Assembly: GCA_029564175.1 (NCBI GenBank)
Contig: JAKQQL010000301.1
Coordinates: 1 to 25,431 of the forward strand
Length of the DNA: 25,431 bases
Direction of reading: 5' to 3'
Source: Candidatus Cloacimonadota bacterium
GTDB lineage: Bacteria > Cloacimonadota > Cloacimonadia > Cloacimonadales > WRIO01
Shown: one piece after another, positions 18,787-25,431 of the stretch
How the letters are laid out: the number at the start of each line of letters is the position of its first letter
Numbering within the stretch: position 1 is the first letter of the stretch
Position numbers and translations under genes: made by a program
The notes under the pieces: generated by a model
What the model was told of the DNA's origin: nothing
What the model saw: only the letters and a program-made list of their open reading frames with translations
Databases searched by the model: none

Positions 18787-20175
18787 ATGAAAGTTTTATT
18801 AGCCGGATACAATATTGATTCAGAATTGATCAAAGAAATCAATATGCATATTGCTACGCCTGAAACAATTTCAGCTGCCTATGCAAGAATTAGCAGAAGC
18901 CAGAAAGATGTTACTTCGCTGAGAGTAGAGTCTTTAAGTGAAGTTGAAAAAGCCAGACAATCTAATTCTAACATTATTTACGAAATGGGGCATAGCTCGA
19001 TTGCTGAACATGCCGTTTTTAATTTTGATCTCATCGGAATTTCACGACTCATGTCTGAATTGATACAACGTTCAAGACTCGCCTCTTTTACTGAGAAATC
19101 TCAACGTTATGTGACGCTTAAAGGAGATTATATTGTTCCTGAAGAGATAAAAAAGTTGCCTGATCTGGAGAAAAAATTTCATTCTCTGATCGAAAAGCAA
19201 AATCACTTATATGAATTTTTATTTGAAGAAGCGAAGTTGTATTTACAGCAACAGCACATTTTCGATAACAAAAGAGATCTGGAAGGAAAAGCGAAAGAAG
19301 ATGCCCGTTATGTCTTATCTCTTGCTACTCAGACTCAAATGGGGATTACAATCAATGGACGTTCTCTTGAGCGTTTGTTAAGACGATTAGACAGTTCTGA
19401 TTTAATCGAAGCAAAAACTTTAAAACAGACCATTGAAGAACAGGTGAAACCAATTGCGCCTTCTCTGATAAAATATACCGATGCGGATCATTATGGTAAA
19501 AATATTTCATTAAATGACATCGAACCCCAAAAACAACAAATACATGCCAGAATGATTGAAATGACAGATAATGCTGAAAGAAAGATATTGATTGCTCATT
19601 TCATGGACCAAATGAATTATTCATATAATCAAGCAGAATCTATCGTTAAAAAAATGAGCTCAGACGACATAAAAGATGCCTTTCAATGCATTTATGATGG
19701 GATAAAGAGTTATCATACTCTGCCAAGATCTTTTGAAATGTGTGATATCACACTGGAATTATCAATGTCTTCATCTTGTTTTGGACAATTAAAACGACAT
19801 CGAATGGCTTCCATATTTCGTTCTGCTTATCATCCTGCTTATGATTACTCCGTTCCTCCACTGCTTCAAAAACTTAATGTTGAAGACAGGATTTCGATTT
19901 TAATGAAAGAATCAGAAACCTTGTATCATCAATTTGAAAAAGTAAAGCAGGGATTAGGCGCTTATTGTCTGACAAATGCACATCATGTGAATGTTTTAAT
20001 GAAATGTAATTTAAGAGAACTATATCATTTTATCCGACTCAGATCTGATCAACATGCACAATGGGAAATTAAACAATTATCGGATGAAATACTTGCTTTG
20101 GTTAAACCGCTTTTGCCTAATGCTGGATTGTATTTAGCTGGAAAAGATTCATTTCATCTGATTCATCACAATTAA
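18787..20175 (+). CDS. thyX: FAD-dependent thymidylate synthase, tandem two-domain form
   Basis: GHSSIAEH, RSRLASFTEKSQRY and EDARYVL in domain 1; QLKRHR and NLRELYHFIRLR...HAQWEI in domain 2; 462 aa is about twice the usual ThyX length. Confidence 0.88.
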   Translation: MKVLLAGYNIDSELIKEINMHIATPETISAAYARISRSQKDVTSLRVESLSEVEKARQSNSNIIYEMGHSSIAEHAVFNFDLIGISRLMSELIQRSRLASFTEKSQRYVTLKGDYIVPEEIKKLPDLEKKFHSLIEKQNHLYEFLFEEAKLYLQQQHIFDNKRDLEGKAKEDARYVLSLATQTQMGITINGRSLERLLRRLDSSDLIEAKTLKQTIEEQVKPIAPSLIKYTDADHYGKNISLNDIEPQKQQIHARMIEMTDNAERKILIAHFMDQMNYSYNQAESIVKKMSSDDIKDAFQCIYDGIKSYHTLPRSFEMCDITLELSMSSSCFGQLKRHRMASIFRSAYHPAYDYSVPPLLQKLNVEDRISILMKESETLYHQFEKVKQGLGAYCLTNAHHVNVLMKCNLRELYHFIRLRSDQHAQWEIKQLSDEILALVKPLLPNAGLYLAGKDSFHLIHHN

Positions 20176-20227
20176 TGCTTGACAAAACTGTGATTATATT
20201 TGATTTTTGTAAAAAAGTGAGGTTAAA

Positions 20228-21121
20228 ATGAAAGATACTAAGATTCTTTTCGTACTAATCTCTGTTATACTGGCAGGGATAGTGATTTTTACACTTGTTC
20301 AGAATAGTAAGTTAAAACGTGAGAACGACAAAGTTCAAGATTATTTTGCTCAAACTTTAGAAGCCTTAAACGAGATTCAGGATTCTCTTTCTGAGATTGA
20401 CACACAGGAACTGATGATACACAGAATGGCAATCAACAAGGAAATAACAGATTCAATTCCAGGCACAAAAGATAAAATCATGGCTTCTATACAGAATATT
20501 AATGACTATATTGCCATGAATAAAGAAAGACTCTCCAATATTGAACAAACCCTTAAAGAAAAGAATATTGAAATAAAGGGTTTACAGAGAATGATTGCCA
20601 AACTTAAAAAGAGTATTGAAGAAAAAGAACTTCTTATTACCAGTTTGACAAATCAGATTGATGTACTCAAAATCAAAATTGAAACTGAACGAATCGCTTA
20701 TGAACAGGAAATAGCTCAAAAAGAAGATACAATACAGGCACAACAAACGACGATAGGTACACAAGAAGAAACTATCAGTACCCAGGCTGGTACAATTCAG
20801 GCTCAGGATGAAGAAATAAATACGATTTACTTTATTGCCGGAGCTAAGAATGTATTGATTGAAAAGGGCTTTATGACAAAGGGTGGTTTGTTTAGCAGTG
20901 CCAAAAAATCCAGTGAATATAACGAAAAAGAAATGACCTCAGTGAATTTAAACAAGTTTAATGAAGTGGTGATCAAAGCTAAACTAAAAAATGTGAAAGT
21001 CTTGAGTGATCAAAATAAAAATTCTTATATGCTTGAAGAAAAAGGAAATGAAACCATTTTAAAAATTACTAATCCAAATGAGTTTAGAAAAATTAAATAC
21101 TTGATTATTCAAACAAATTAG
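20228..21121 (+). CDS. Membrane-anchored coiled-coil protein with C-terminal globular domain (function unknown)
   Basis: N-terminal TM helix, long heptad-rich region, C-terminal NTIYFIAG...GG.F...SY.L...LKITNP..F...KYLII resembling a conserved Bacteroidota-type hypothetical family (recognised from memory). Confidence 0.7.
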   Translation: MKDTKILFVLISVILAGIVIFTLVQNSKLKRENDKVQDYFAQTLEALNEIQDSLSEIDTQELMIHRMAINKEITDSIPGTKDKIMASIQNINDYIAMNKERLSNIEQTLKEKNIEIKGLQRMIAKLKKSIEEKELLITSLTNQIDVLKIKIETERIAYEQEIAQKEDTIQAQQTTIGTQEETISTQAGTIQAQDEEINTIYFIAGAKNVLIEKGFMTKGGLFSSAKKSSEYNEKEMTSVNLNKFNEVVIKAKLKNVKVLSDQNKNSYMLEEKGNETILKITNPNEFRKIKYLIIQTN

Positions 21122-21124
21122 AAT

Positions 21125-21393
21125 AGTTGTAGGGCAAGCAACCTGCTTGTCAAAGAAGCACAACAGTTGTAGGGCAAGCAACCTGCTTGTCAAAGAAGCA
21201 TAGAAGTTGTACGGCAAGCAACCTGCTTGTCAAAGAGCATAGAAGTTGTAGGGCAAGCAACCTGCTTGTCAAAAAAAACTTAGAAGTTGTAGGGCAAGCA
21301 ACCTGCTTGTCAAAGAAGCACAACAGTTGTAGGGCAAGTAACTTGCTTGTCAAAAGAGCATAGAAGTTGTAGGGCAAGCAACCTGCTTGTCAA
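21125..21393 (+). repeat. Tandem array of 7 REP-like units, 39-41 bp period
   Basis: Constant 29-mer AGTTGTAGGGCAAGCAACCTGCTTGTCAA starts at 21125, 21165, 21205, 21244, 21285, 21325 and 21365; 10-12 nt related linkers. Confidence 0.95.
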
Positions 21394-21418
21394 TTATCCT
21401 TCACTTTTCAAGCTTTTC

Positions 21419-21474
21419 GTACTACAAGCATCTTGCTTGTAGCATGATTTTCGCAAGCTGTCAGCTTGTGTTAC
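21419..21474. repeat. Pair of oppositely oriented REP-like variants
   Basis: GTAC-TACAAGCA-TCT-TGCTTGTA (+, 21419-21441) and GTAA-CACAAGCT-GAC-AGCTTGCG (-, 21452-21474). Confidence 0.75.
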
Positions 21475-21505
21475 AATCAAAATTAAAGAATATTCAGGAG
21501 GAAAA

Positions 21506-23347
21506 ATGTGCGGAATCGTCGCTTATATAGGTAAAAGAAATTCAATCCCCATTATGATGGAGGGATTAAAACGATTAGAATACAGGGGTTATGATAGCTC
21601 AGGACTGGCAGTCATTGATCAGGATAATCAACTGAAGGTGTATAAAAAAGAAGGTAAAATTGTTGAGCTTGAGCGAAATGTATCGCATGAAGCCCCCAAT
21701 CTCTTAGGTTATGTGGGGATATCTCATACCCGCTGGGCAACACACGGAGAACCAAATGAAGTGAATGCCCATCCGCATTTAGATAATGAGGCTAAGATTG
21801 CGATTGTTCACAATGGGATTATAGAAAATTATAAAACACTCAAACACAACTTGATGAATAAAGGTTATCTCTTTAAAAGTGAAACGGATACGGAAGTATT
21901 GGTACACCTGATTCATTATTATTATCAAACTGAGAAGAATTTGTTAAAAGCCGTTCAGAAAATGCTAAAAGTAATAGAAGGAACCTATGGGATTGCGGTG
22001 ATTCATCAGGATCATCCGGATCAGATTATTTCTGCACGTAAAGGCAGCCCTGTGATTTTAGCGATTGGAAATGATGAATTTTTTATTACTTCTGATATCA
22101 ATGCGACCATTGTTCACACCAAAAAAGTGATATATCTGGAAGATGGAGATATTGTAAAGCTGACATTTGATGGCTATGAAATCATTAACAATGAAAATCA
22201 GTATATCAATCCAGAAGTTTCAGAGATTGACTGGGATATTTCTGCTATTGACAAAGGTGATTTTAAACACTTTATGCTGAAAGAAATTTTTGAACAACCC
22301 ACTTCTGTTTATAATGCGTTTAGAGGCAGATTGGCAGATGATCTCTTTACTACCCGTTTAGGTGGATTGAGTACTAATTTTAAAGATTTGAGAAATGTAA
22401 AGCGCATTCAGATTATCGGTTGTGGTACCTCATGGCATGCCGGTCTTGTAGGAAAACATATTATTGAGACACTTGCCAGAATTCCTGTGGATGTTGAATA
22501 TGCCAGTGAATATCGCTACAGAAATCCGATTGTCCCTGATGATACACTGGTCTTTGTGATCTCTCAGTCTGGGGAAACCGCTGATACACTGGCTGCACTT
22601 AAAGAAGCAAAAGCGAAAGGCGCAAAAGTCTTTGGCATCACCAATGTCGTTGGTAGCACGATTGCACGTGAAACTGACGGCGGTGTGTATATTCATGCCG
22701 GCTCTGAAATTGGCGTTGCCTCTACAAAAGCTTTTACTTCACAGGTAACGGTTTTATCGCTGTTAGCCGTTTTATTGGGCAGAATGAGACATCTGTCTCC
22801 TAATGATGGGATGAGTTATATTGAAGCCCTAAAAAGTATTCCCGACAAGATCCAATCCATTTTAGAACAAAATGAACAAATCAGAGAAATCTCAAAGAGT
22901 ATTGCCATGTCCAGTAATGCCTTATATCTGGGACGGGGGGTGGACTATCCGGTTGCTTTGGAAGGTGCTTTAAAACTAAAGGAAATATCCTATATCCATG
23001 CAGAAGGCTATCCGGCAGCAGAAATGAAACATGGACCGATTGCCCTGATTGATGAAAATATGCCGGTGATCGCTTTAGCTTCCAAAGACTTTTTGTACGA
23101 TAAGTTAATCTCAAATCTTCAGGAAGTGAAGGCTCGAAAAGGCAAAATCATAGCGATTGCTAATCATGGGGATGAAGCAATTAAAAGCATTGCGGATCAG
23201 GTGATCTATATCCCTGAAACCCTTCCAGCTTTAAGATCTCTCTTAAATGTCATTCCTTTGCAGTTAATTGCTTATCATGTCGCTGATTTAAAAGGACTTA
23301 ATGTAGATCAACCCAGAAATCTGGCAAAAAGTGTAACTGTTGAATAA
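21506..23347 (+). CDS. glmS: Glutamine--fructose-6-phosphate transaminase (isomerizing)
   Basis: MCGIV, LEYRGYDS, HTRWATHG, HNGIIEN, SQSGETADT, VASTKAFT, C-terminal PRNLAKSVTVE; AGGAGG RBS. Confidence 0.99.
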   Translation: MCGIVAYIGKRNSIPIMMEGLKRLEYRGYDSSGLAVIDQDNQLKVYKKEGKIVELERNVSHEAPNLLGYVGISHTRWATHGEPNEVNAHPHLDNEAKIAIVHNGIIENYKTLKHNLMNKGYLFKSETDTEVLVHLIHYYYQTEKNLLKAVQKMLKVIEGTYGIAVIHQDHPDQIISARKGSPVILAIGNDEFFITSDINATIVHTKKVIYLEDGDIVKLTFDGYEIINNENQYINPEVSEIDWDISAIDKGDFKHFMLKEIFEQPTSVYNAFRGRLADDLFTTRLGGLSTNFKDLRNVKRIQIIGCGTSWHAGLVGKHIIETLARIPVDVEYASEYRYRNPIVPDDTLVFVISQSGETADTLAALKEAKAKGAKVFGITNVVGSTIARETDGGVYIHAGSEIGVASTKAFTSQVTVLSLLAVLLGRMRHLSPNDGMSYIEALKSIPDKIQSILEQNEQIREISKSIAMSSNALYLGRGVDYPVALEGALKLKEISYIHAEGYPAAEMKHGPIALIDENMPVIALASKDFLYDKLISNLQEVKARKGKIIAIANHGDEAIKSIADQVIYIPETLPALRSLLNVIPLQLIAYHVADLKGLNVDQPRNLAKSVTVE

Positions 23348-23350
23348 CAG

Positions 23351-23827
23351 ATGCAGACGATCATATTCTATTCACTTGCAATCGGATTATTAATCTTATC
23401 CGGTTTTAAAGATAAAAAGAAGACAAAACAGGCTTTAATGAAAGCCTGGAAGTCTTTTTCTTTTATTGTGGCTGATTTGGTTGGGATTATGTTACTGGTT
23501 GGAGTGATTCTCACTTTTACAAATCCTGAACAAATATCTGCAATACTAGGAAAAGATTCAGGTTTTAACGGAATGCTGATTGCTTCTGTGATTGGATCAG
23601 TTACTTTGATACCAGGATTTGTTGCATTTCCTTTGGCAGCAGGTTTATTAAAGAGTGGTGCAGGTTATCTTCAGTTGGCTGTTTTTATCTCGACATTGAT
23701 GATGGTGGGTGTTATCACATTGCCAGTAGAAATGAAATATTTTGGGAAAAAAGTTGCTGTTTTGAGGAATGTTTATGCGTACATTTTTTCATTTTTTGTT
23801 GCTTTTATTATGAGTATATTCTTGTAA
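23351..23827 (+). CDS. Predicted permease subunit (ArsP/DUF318-like), first of a pair
   Basis: Multi-TM; LG..SG..G.LIA..IGS...IPGFVAFPLA..LL..GAG, E.KYFG.K...LRN. Confidence 0.75.
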   Translation: MQTIIFYSLAIGLLILSGFKDKKKTKQALMKAWKSFSFIVADLVGIMLLVGVILTFTNPEQISAILGKDSGFNGMLIASVIGSVTLIPGFVAFPLAAGLLKSGAGYLQLAVFISTLMMVGVITLPVEMKYFGKKVAVLRNVYAYIFSFFVAFIMSIFL

Positions 23828-23852
23828 AAAAGTTATATTTAAAAAGGATTTG

Positions 23853-23885
23853 ATAAGGAAACAATAAGGAAACAATAAGGAAAGA
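23853..23885 (+). repeat. Three tandem copies of the 11-mer ATAAGGAAA(C/G)A
   Basis: ataaggaaaca-ataaggaaaca-ataaggaaaga, seen directly between the two permease genes. Confidence 0.85.
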
Positions 23886-23898
23886 TTAAGAAAATGAT

Positions 23899-24438
23899 AT
23901 GAAAAATTTTCTGAATAAATATGCATTATTATGTGTGATGTTGATTTTGTTGTTAATTCTTTTTATGGTCGAAAAAAAGATGGCAATCAGAGTGATAAAA
24001 CTGAGTAGTTTAAGTGTCAAAGAAATGTTAATGGTGATTCCACCGATTTTTTTGATGTTGGGTTTACTCGATACCTGGGTTTCAAAAGAAAAAATGGCTC
24101 GATTTATGGGAAAAGGATCTGGCTTAAAAGGGATTTTACTTGCGCTTTTTATTGGTTCCGCTGCAGCTGGTCCTTTATATGGGGCTTTTCCTGTTGCATC
24201 TGTTTTGATGAAAAAGGGTGTAAAATTTAGCAATATTCTGATATTTATAGGAGCCTGGTCCACTACAAAGCTACCCATGTTTCTTTTTGAGATGGTATCG
24301 ATGGGGAAGAAATTTGCCATTCTTCGTTTATTGATTGATATACCAGGTATCATCATCATTGCTAATTTATTGATTTTCTTTCTGAAAAAGACAGACATTG
24401 AACAAATTTACAAAAATAATGAGCAAATTGGGGCTTAA
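23899..24438 (+). CDS. Predicted permease subunit (ArsP/DUF318-like), second of a pair
   Basis: Multi-TM; LLGLLD-like MLGLLDTWV, MG.GSG.KG, GS..AGPLY.AFP.A..L..KG, GAWSTTKLP..LFE. Confidence 0.78.
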   Translation: MKNFLNKYALLCVMLILLLILFMVEKKMAIRVIKLSSLSVKEMLMVIPPIFLMLGLLDTWVSKEKMARFMGKGSGLKGILLALFIGSAAAGPLYGAFPVASVLMKKGVKFSNILIFIGAWSTTKLPMFLFEMVSMGKKFAILRLLIDIPGIIIIANLLIFFLKKTDIEQIYKNNEQIGA

Positions 24439-24466
24439 AACTGTAACAGGAATTATTTTTTACATA

Positions 24467-24490
24467 GTGGGGCAGGTTTTACACCTGCCC
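24467..24490 (+). repeat. Second REP-like hairpin type GTG-GGGCAGGT-TTTAC-ACCTGCCC (possible terminator role)
   Basis: Perfect 8-bp GC-rich stem 24470-24477/24483-24490, GTRG head, about 30 bp after the permease stop. Confidence 0.6.
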
Positions 24491-24508
24491 TTATATTTAA
24501 ATCTCCTT

Positions 24509-24733
24509 GTAGCGCAAGCTACCAGCTTGCGAATCCTTGTACCGCAAGCTACCAGCTTGTGAAAAGAAAAAAACAAGCAAGTTGCTTGTCGTACGACCAG
24601 CTTGCGAATCCTTGTACCGCAAGCTACCAGCTTGCGAAAATTTCCGTACTGCATGCATCTTGCTTGCACAAAAGCTACAAGCGAGACGCTTGTAGTACGG
24701 GCAGAAAAGCTACAAGCGGGACGCTTGTCGTAC
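24509..24733. repeat. Mixed-orientation cluster of ~7 REP-like hairpins plus a half copy (BIME-like mosaic)
   Basis: Plus-strand copies with GTAG/GTAC heads at 24509, 24539, 24614, 24646; minus-strand copies at 24572-24594, 24675-24698, 24710-24733; all share CAAGC/GCTTG-type stems. Confidence 0.85.
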
Positions 24734-24826
24734 GACTAATGACCTACGGCGCTTCGCTTTGCACGTCCGAAAAAAAACGTTGTCAATGGAATTTTAAATC
24801 ATACCATTTTTGAAAGTTTAAAACGT

Positions 24827-24869
24827 ACCACTCCGCCCCAAAGGGGCACCCCTCCACAGTAGGGGAATT
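24827..24869. repeat. GC-rich double-hairpin element (ACCAC...GCCCC-AAA-GGGGC-A-CCCCT...AGGGGAA)
   Basis: Stems GCCCC/GGGGC (24835-24847) and CCCCT/AGGGG (24849-24865) in an AT-rich background. Confidence 0.45.
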
Positions 24870-24887
24870 TTACATTTTACATTTTAC
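24867..24887 (+). repeat. Heptamer tandem repeat (ATTTTAC)x3
   Basis: Seen directly. Confidence 0.8.
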
Positions 24888-25230
24888 ATTATTGAACTTA
24901 CCTCCGCTCCACATGAGGCGAATTGGTCCCGTAAAGGCCATTATTATAACAATATGATATAATTTTAACAGGCTCAAACACTCATTTTTTCTCTTTTACC
25001 CATTTTTGCATTCATTTTCTTGATTTATTCATTGAATACTATAAACTTTAAAGCGCTTTATTAAAAAAAATTTGATTTTATATCTTCTTGTAAAATAGTT
25101 ATTTACAAAAATATAAAAAAATATTTTCAAAAAAATAAAAAATAATTTCGAAAAAGTGCCATTTTGTTGCACCTATATATGTAGAGGGATAAATTTTTTG
25201 AATGATGAATGAGGCTATGAAATTCAACAT

Positions 25231-25298
25231 GTAAGACAAGCAACCTGCTTGTTATTTTCTTTTCACAAGCTGGTCGTACGACAAGCAACCTGCTTGAA
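25231..25298 (+). repeat. Two REP-like copies separated by a half copy
   Basis: GTAA-GACAAGCA-ACC-TGCTTGTT at 25231-25253 and GTAC-GACAAGCA-ACC-TGCTTGAA at 25276-25298. Confidence 0.8.
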
Positions 25299-25341
25299 CG
25301 AAGCTGCAAGCAGCAGGTTTACAAATTTACTTCGTAAATTA

Positions 25342-25374
25342 GAATGCCTCCAAATATTAAATTTGGAGGCATTC
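25342..25374. terminator. Strong stem-loop, possible intrinsic terminator
   Basis: Perfect 14-bp inverted repeat GAATGCCTCCAAAT/ATTTGGAGGCATTC with a 5-nt loop; no clear U-tract on either side. Confidence 0.5.
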
Positions 25375-25431
25375 ATGTTATCTTACGAACAGGACTTCGT
25401 AAACAATATCTATTTAAAAGGATTTTCAGAA

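Noticed and set aside
21150..21377. 75-aa minus-strand ORF with repeating peptide
   Set aside because: Simply a translation of the tandem repeat array
21125..21393. CRISPR array (repeat starts GTT, is palindromic and regularly spaced)
   Set aside because: Linkers are only 10-12 nt, related to each other and partly identical; the same unit occurs singly elsewhere; no cas genes in the window
21125..21393. TIGR-like dual-spacer guide array
   Set aside because: Only one weakly variable segment per unit, no box C/D-like motifs recognised and no Nop-domain gene nearby
21394..21505. glmS ribozyme
   Set aside because: Conserved core (AGCGCC...GACGAGG) is absent; the space is filled by REP-like hairpins
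23310..23400. Tn7-like insertion at attTn7 downstream of glmS
   Set aside because: The glmS 3' end is intact, but a permease ORF begins 3 bp later; no TGT...ACA transposon end or tns genes are visible
3268..24398. Numerous antisense or out-of-frame ORFs nested in the main genes (e.g. 18456-18842, 23886-24398)
   Set aside because: Shadow ORFs of well-supported + strand genes, with no motifs of their own
24730..24770. Fluoride-riboswitch-like fragment (CTAATGACCTAC)
   Set aside because: The 5' GGNGATGG element and pseudoknot partner are missing, and there is no downstream gene
24960..25230. Replication origin in the AT-rich stretch
   Set aside because: No consensus DnaA boxes (TTATCCACA) seen and no dnaA or rep gene in the window
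24460..25309. Short ORFs 24460-24669 (-), 24559-24813 (+) and 25127-25309 (-)
   Set aside because: Largely translations of REP-like repeats; no recognisable domains or convincing RBS
25410..25431. 3' end of a minus-strand gene (..SENPFK-stop) converging on the 25342 hairpin
   Set aside because: Only a few codons are in the window; cannot be supported

Overview
An AT-rich bacterial chromosomal segment with 20 tightly packed genes, all on the + strand and mostly housekeeping. In order: HAD hydrolase, U32/RlhA-like protein, degenerate metallophosphoesterase/5'-nucleotidase-like protein, tex, DUF362 Fe-S protein, GT9 heptosyltransferase-like, TagB/TagF-like glycerophosphotransferase, panD, panC, aspartate kinase, stand-alone receiver, metG, SpoIID/LytB, miaB, deoC, double-domain thyX, coiled-coil membrane-anchored protein, glmS and two ArsP/DUF318-like permease halves. 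About 1 kb of non-coding DNA follows. My impression of an anaerobic diderm such as Cloacimonadota is inference only. No rRNA, tRNA, transposase, integrase or cas gene was recognised. The most distinctive non-coding signal is a family of ~23-nt REP-like hairpins (GTAN head + NNCAAGCN-3 nt loop-NGCTTGNN), about 20 copies, with compensatory stem changes. They occur singly, as a 7-unit ~40-bp head-to-tail array upstream of glmS (CRISPR-looking but not CRISPR), and as a mixed-orientation cluster after the permeases. Protein oddities are a Cys-rich N-terminal extension on DeoC, a ThyX with its signature split across two domains, a DxH-type HAD motif I and a probably inactive 5'-nucleotidase-like protein. 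I found no convincing complete novel system. All calls come from reading motifs by eye; no searches were run.
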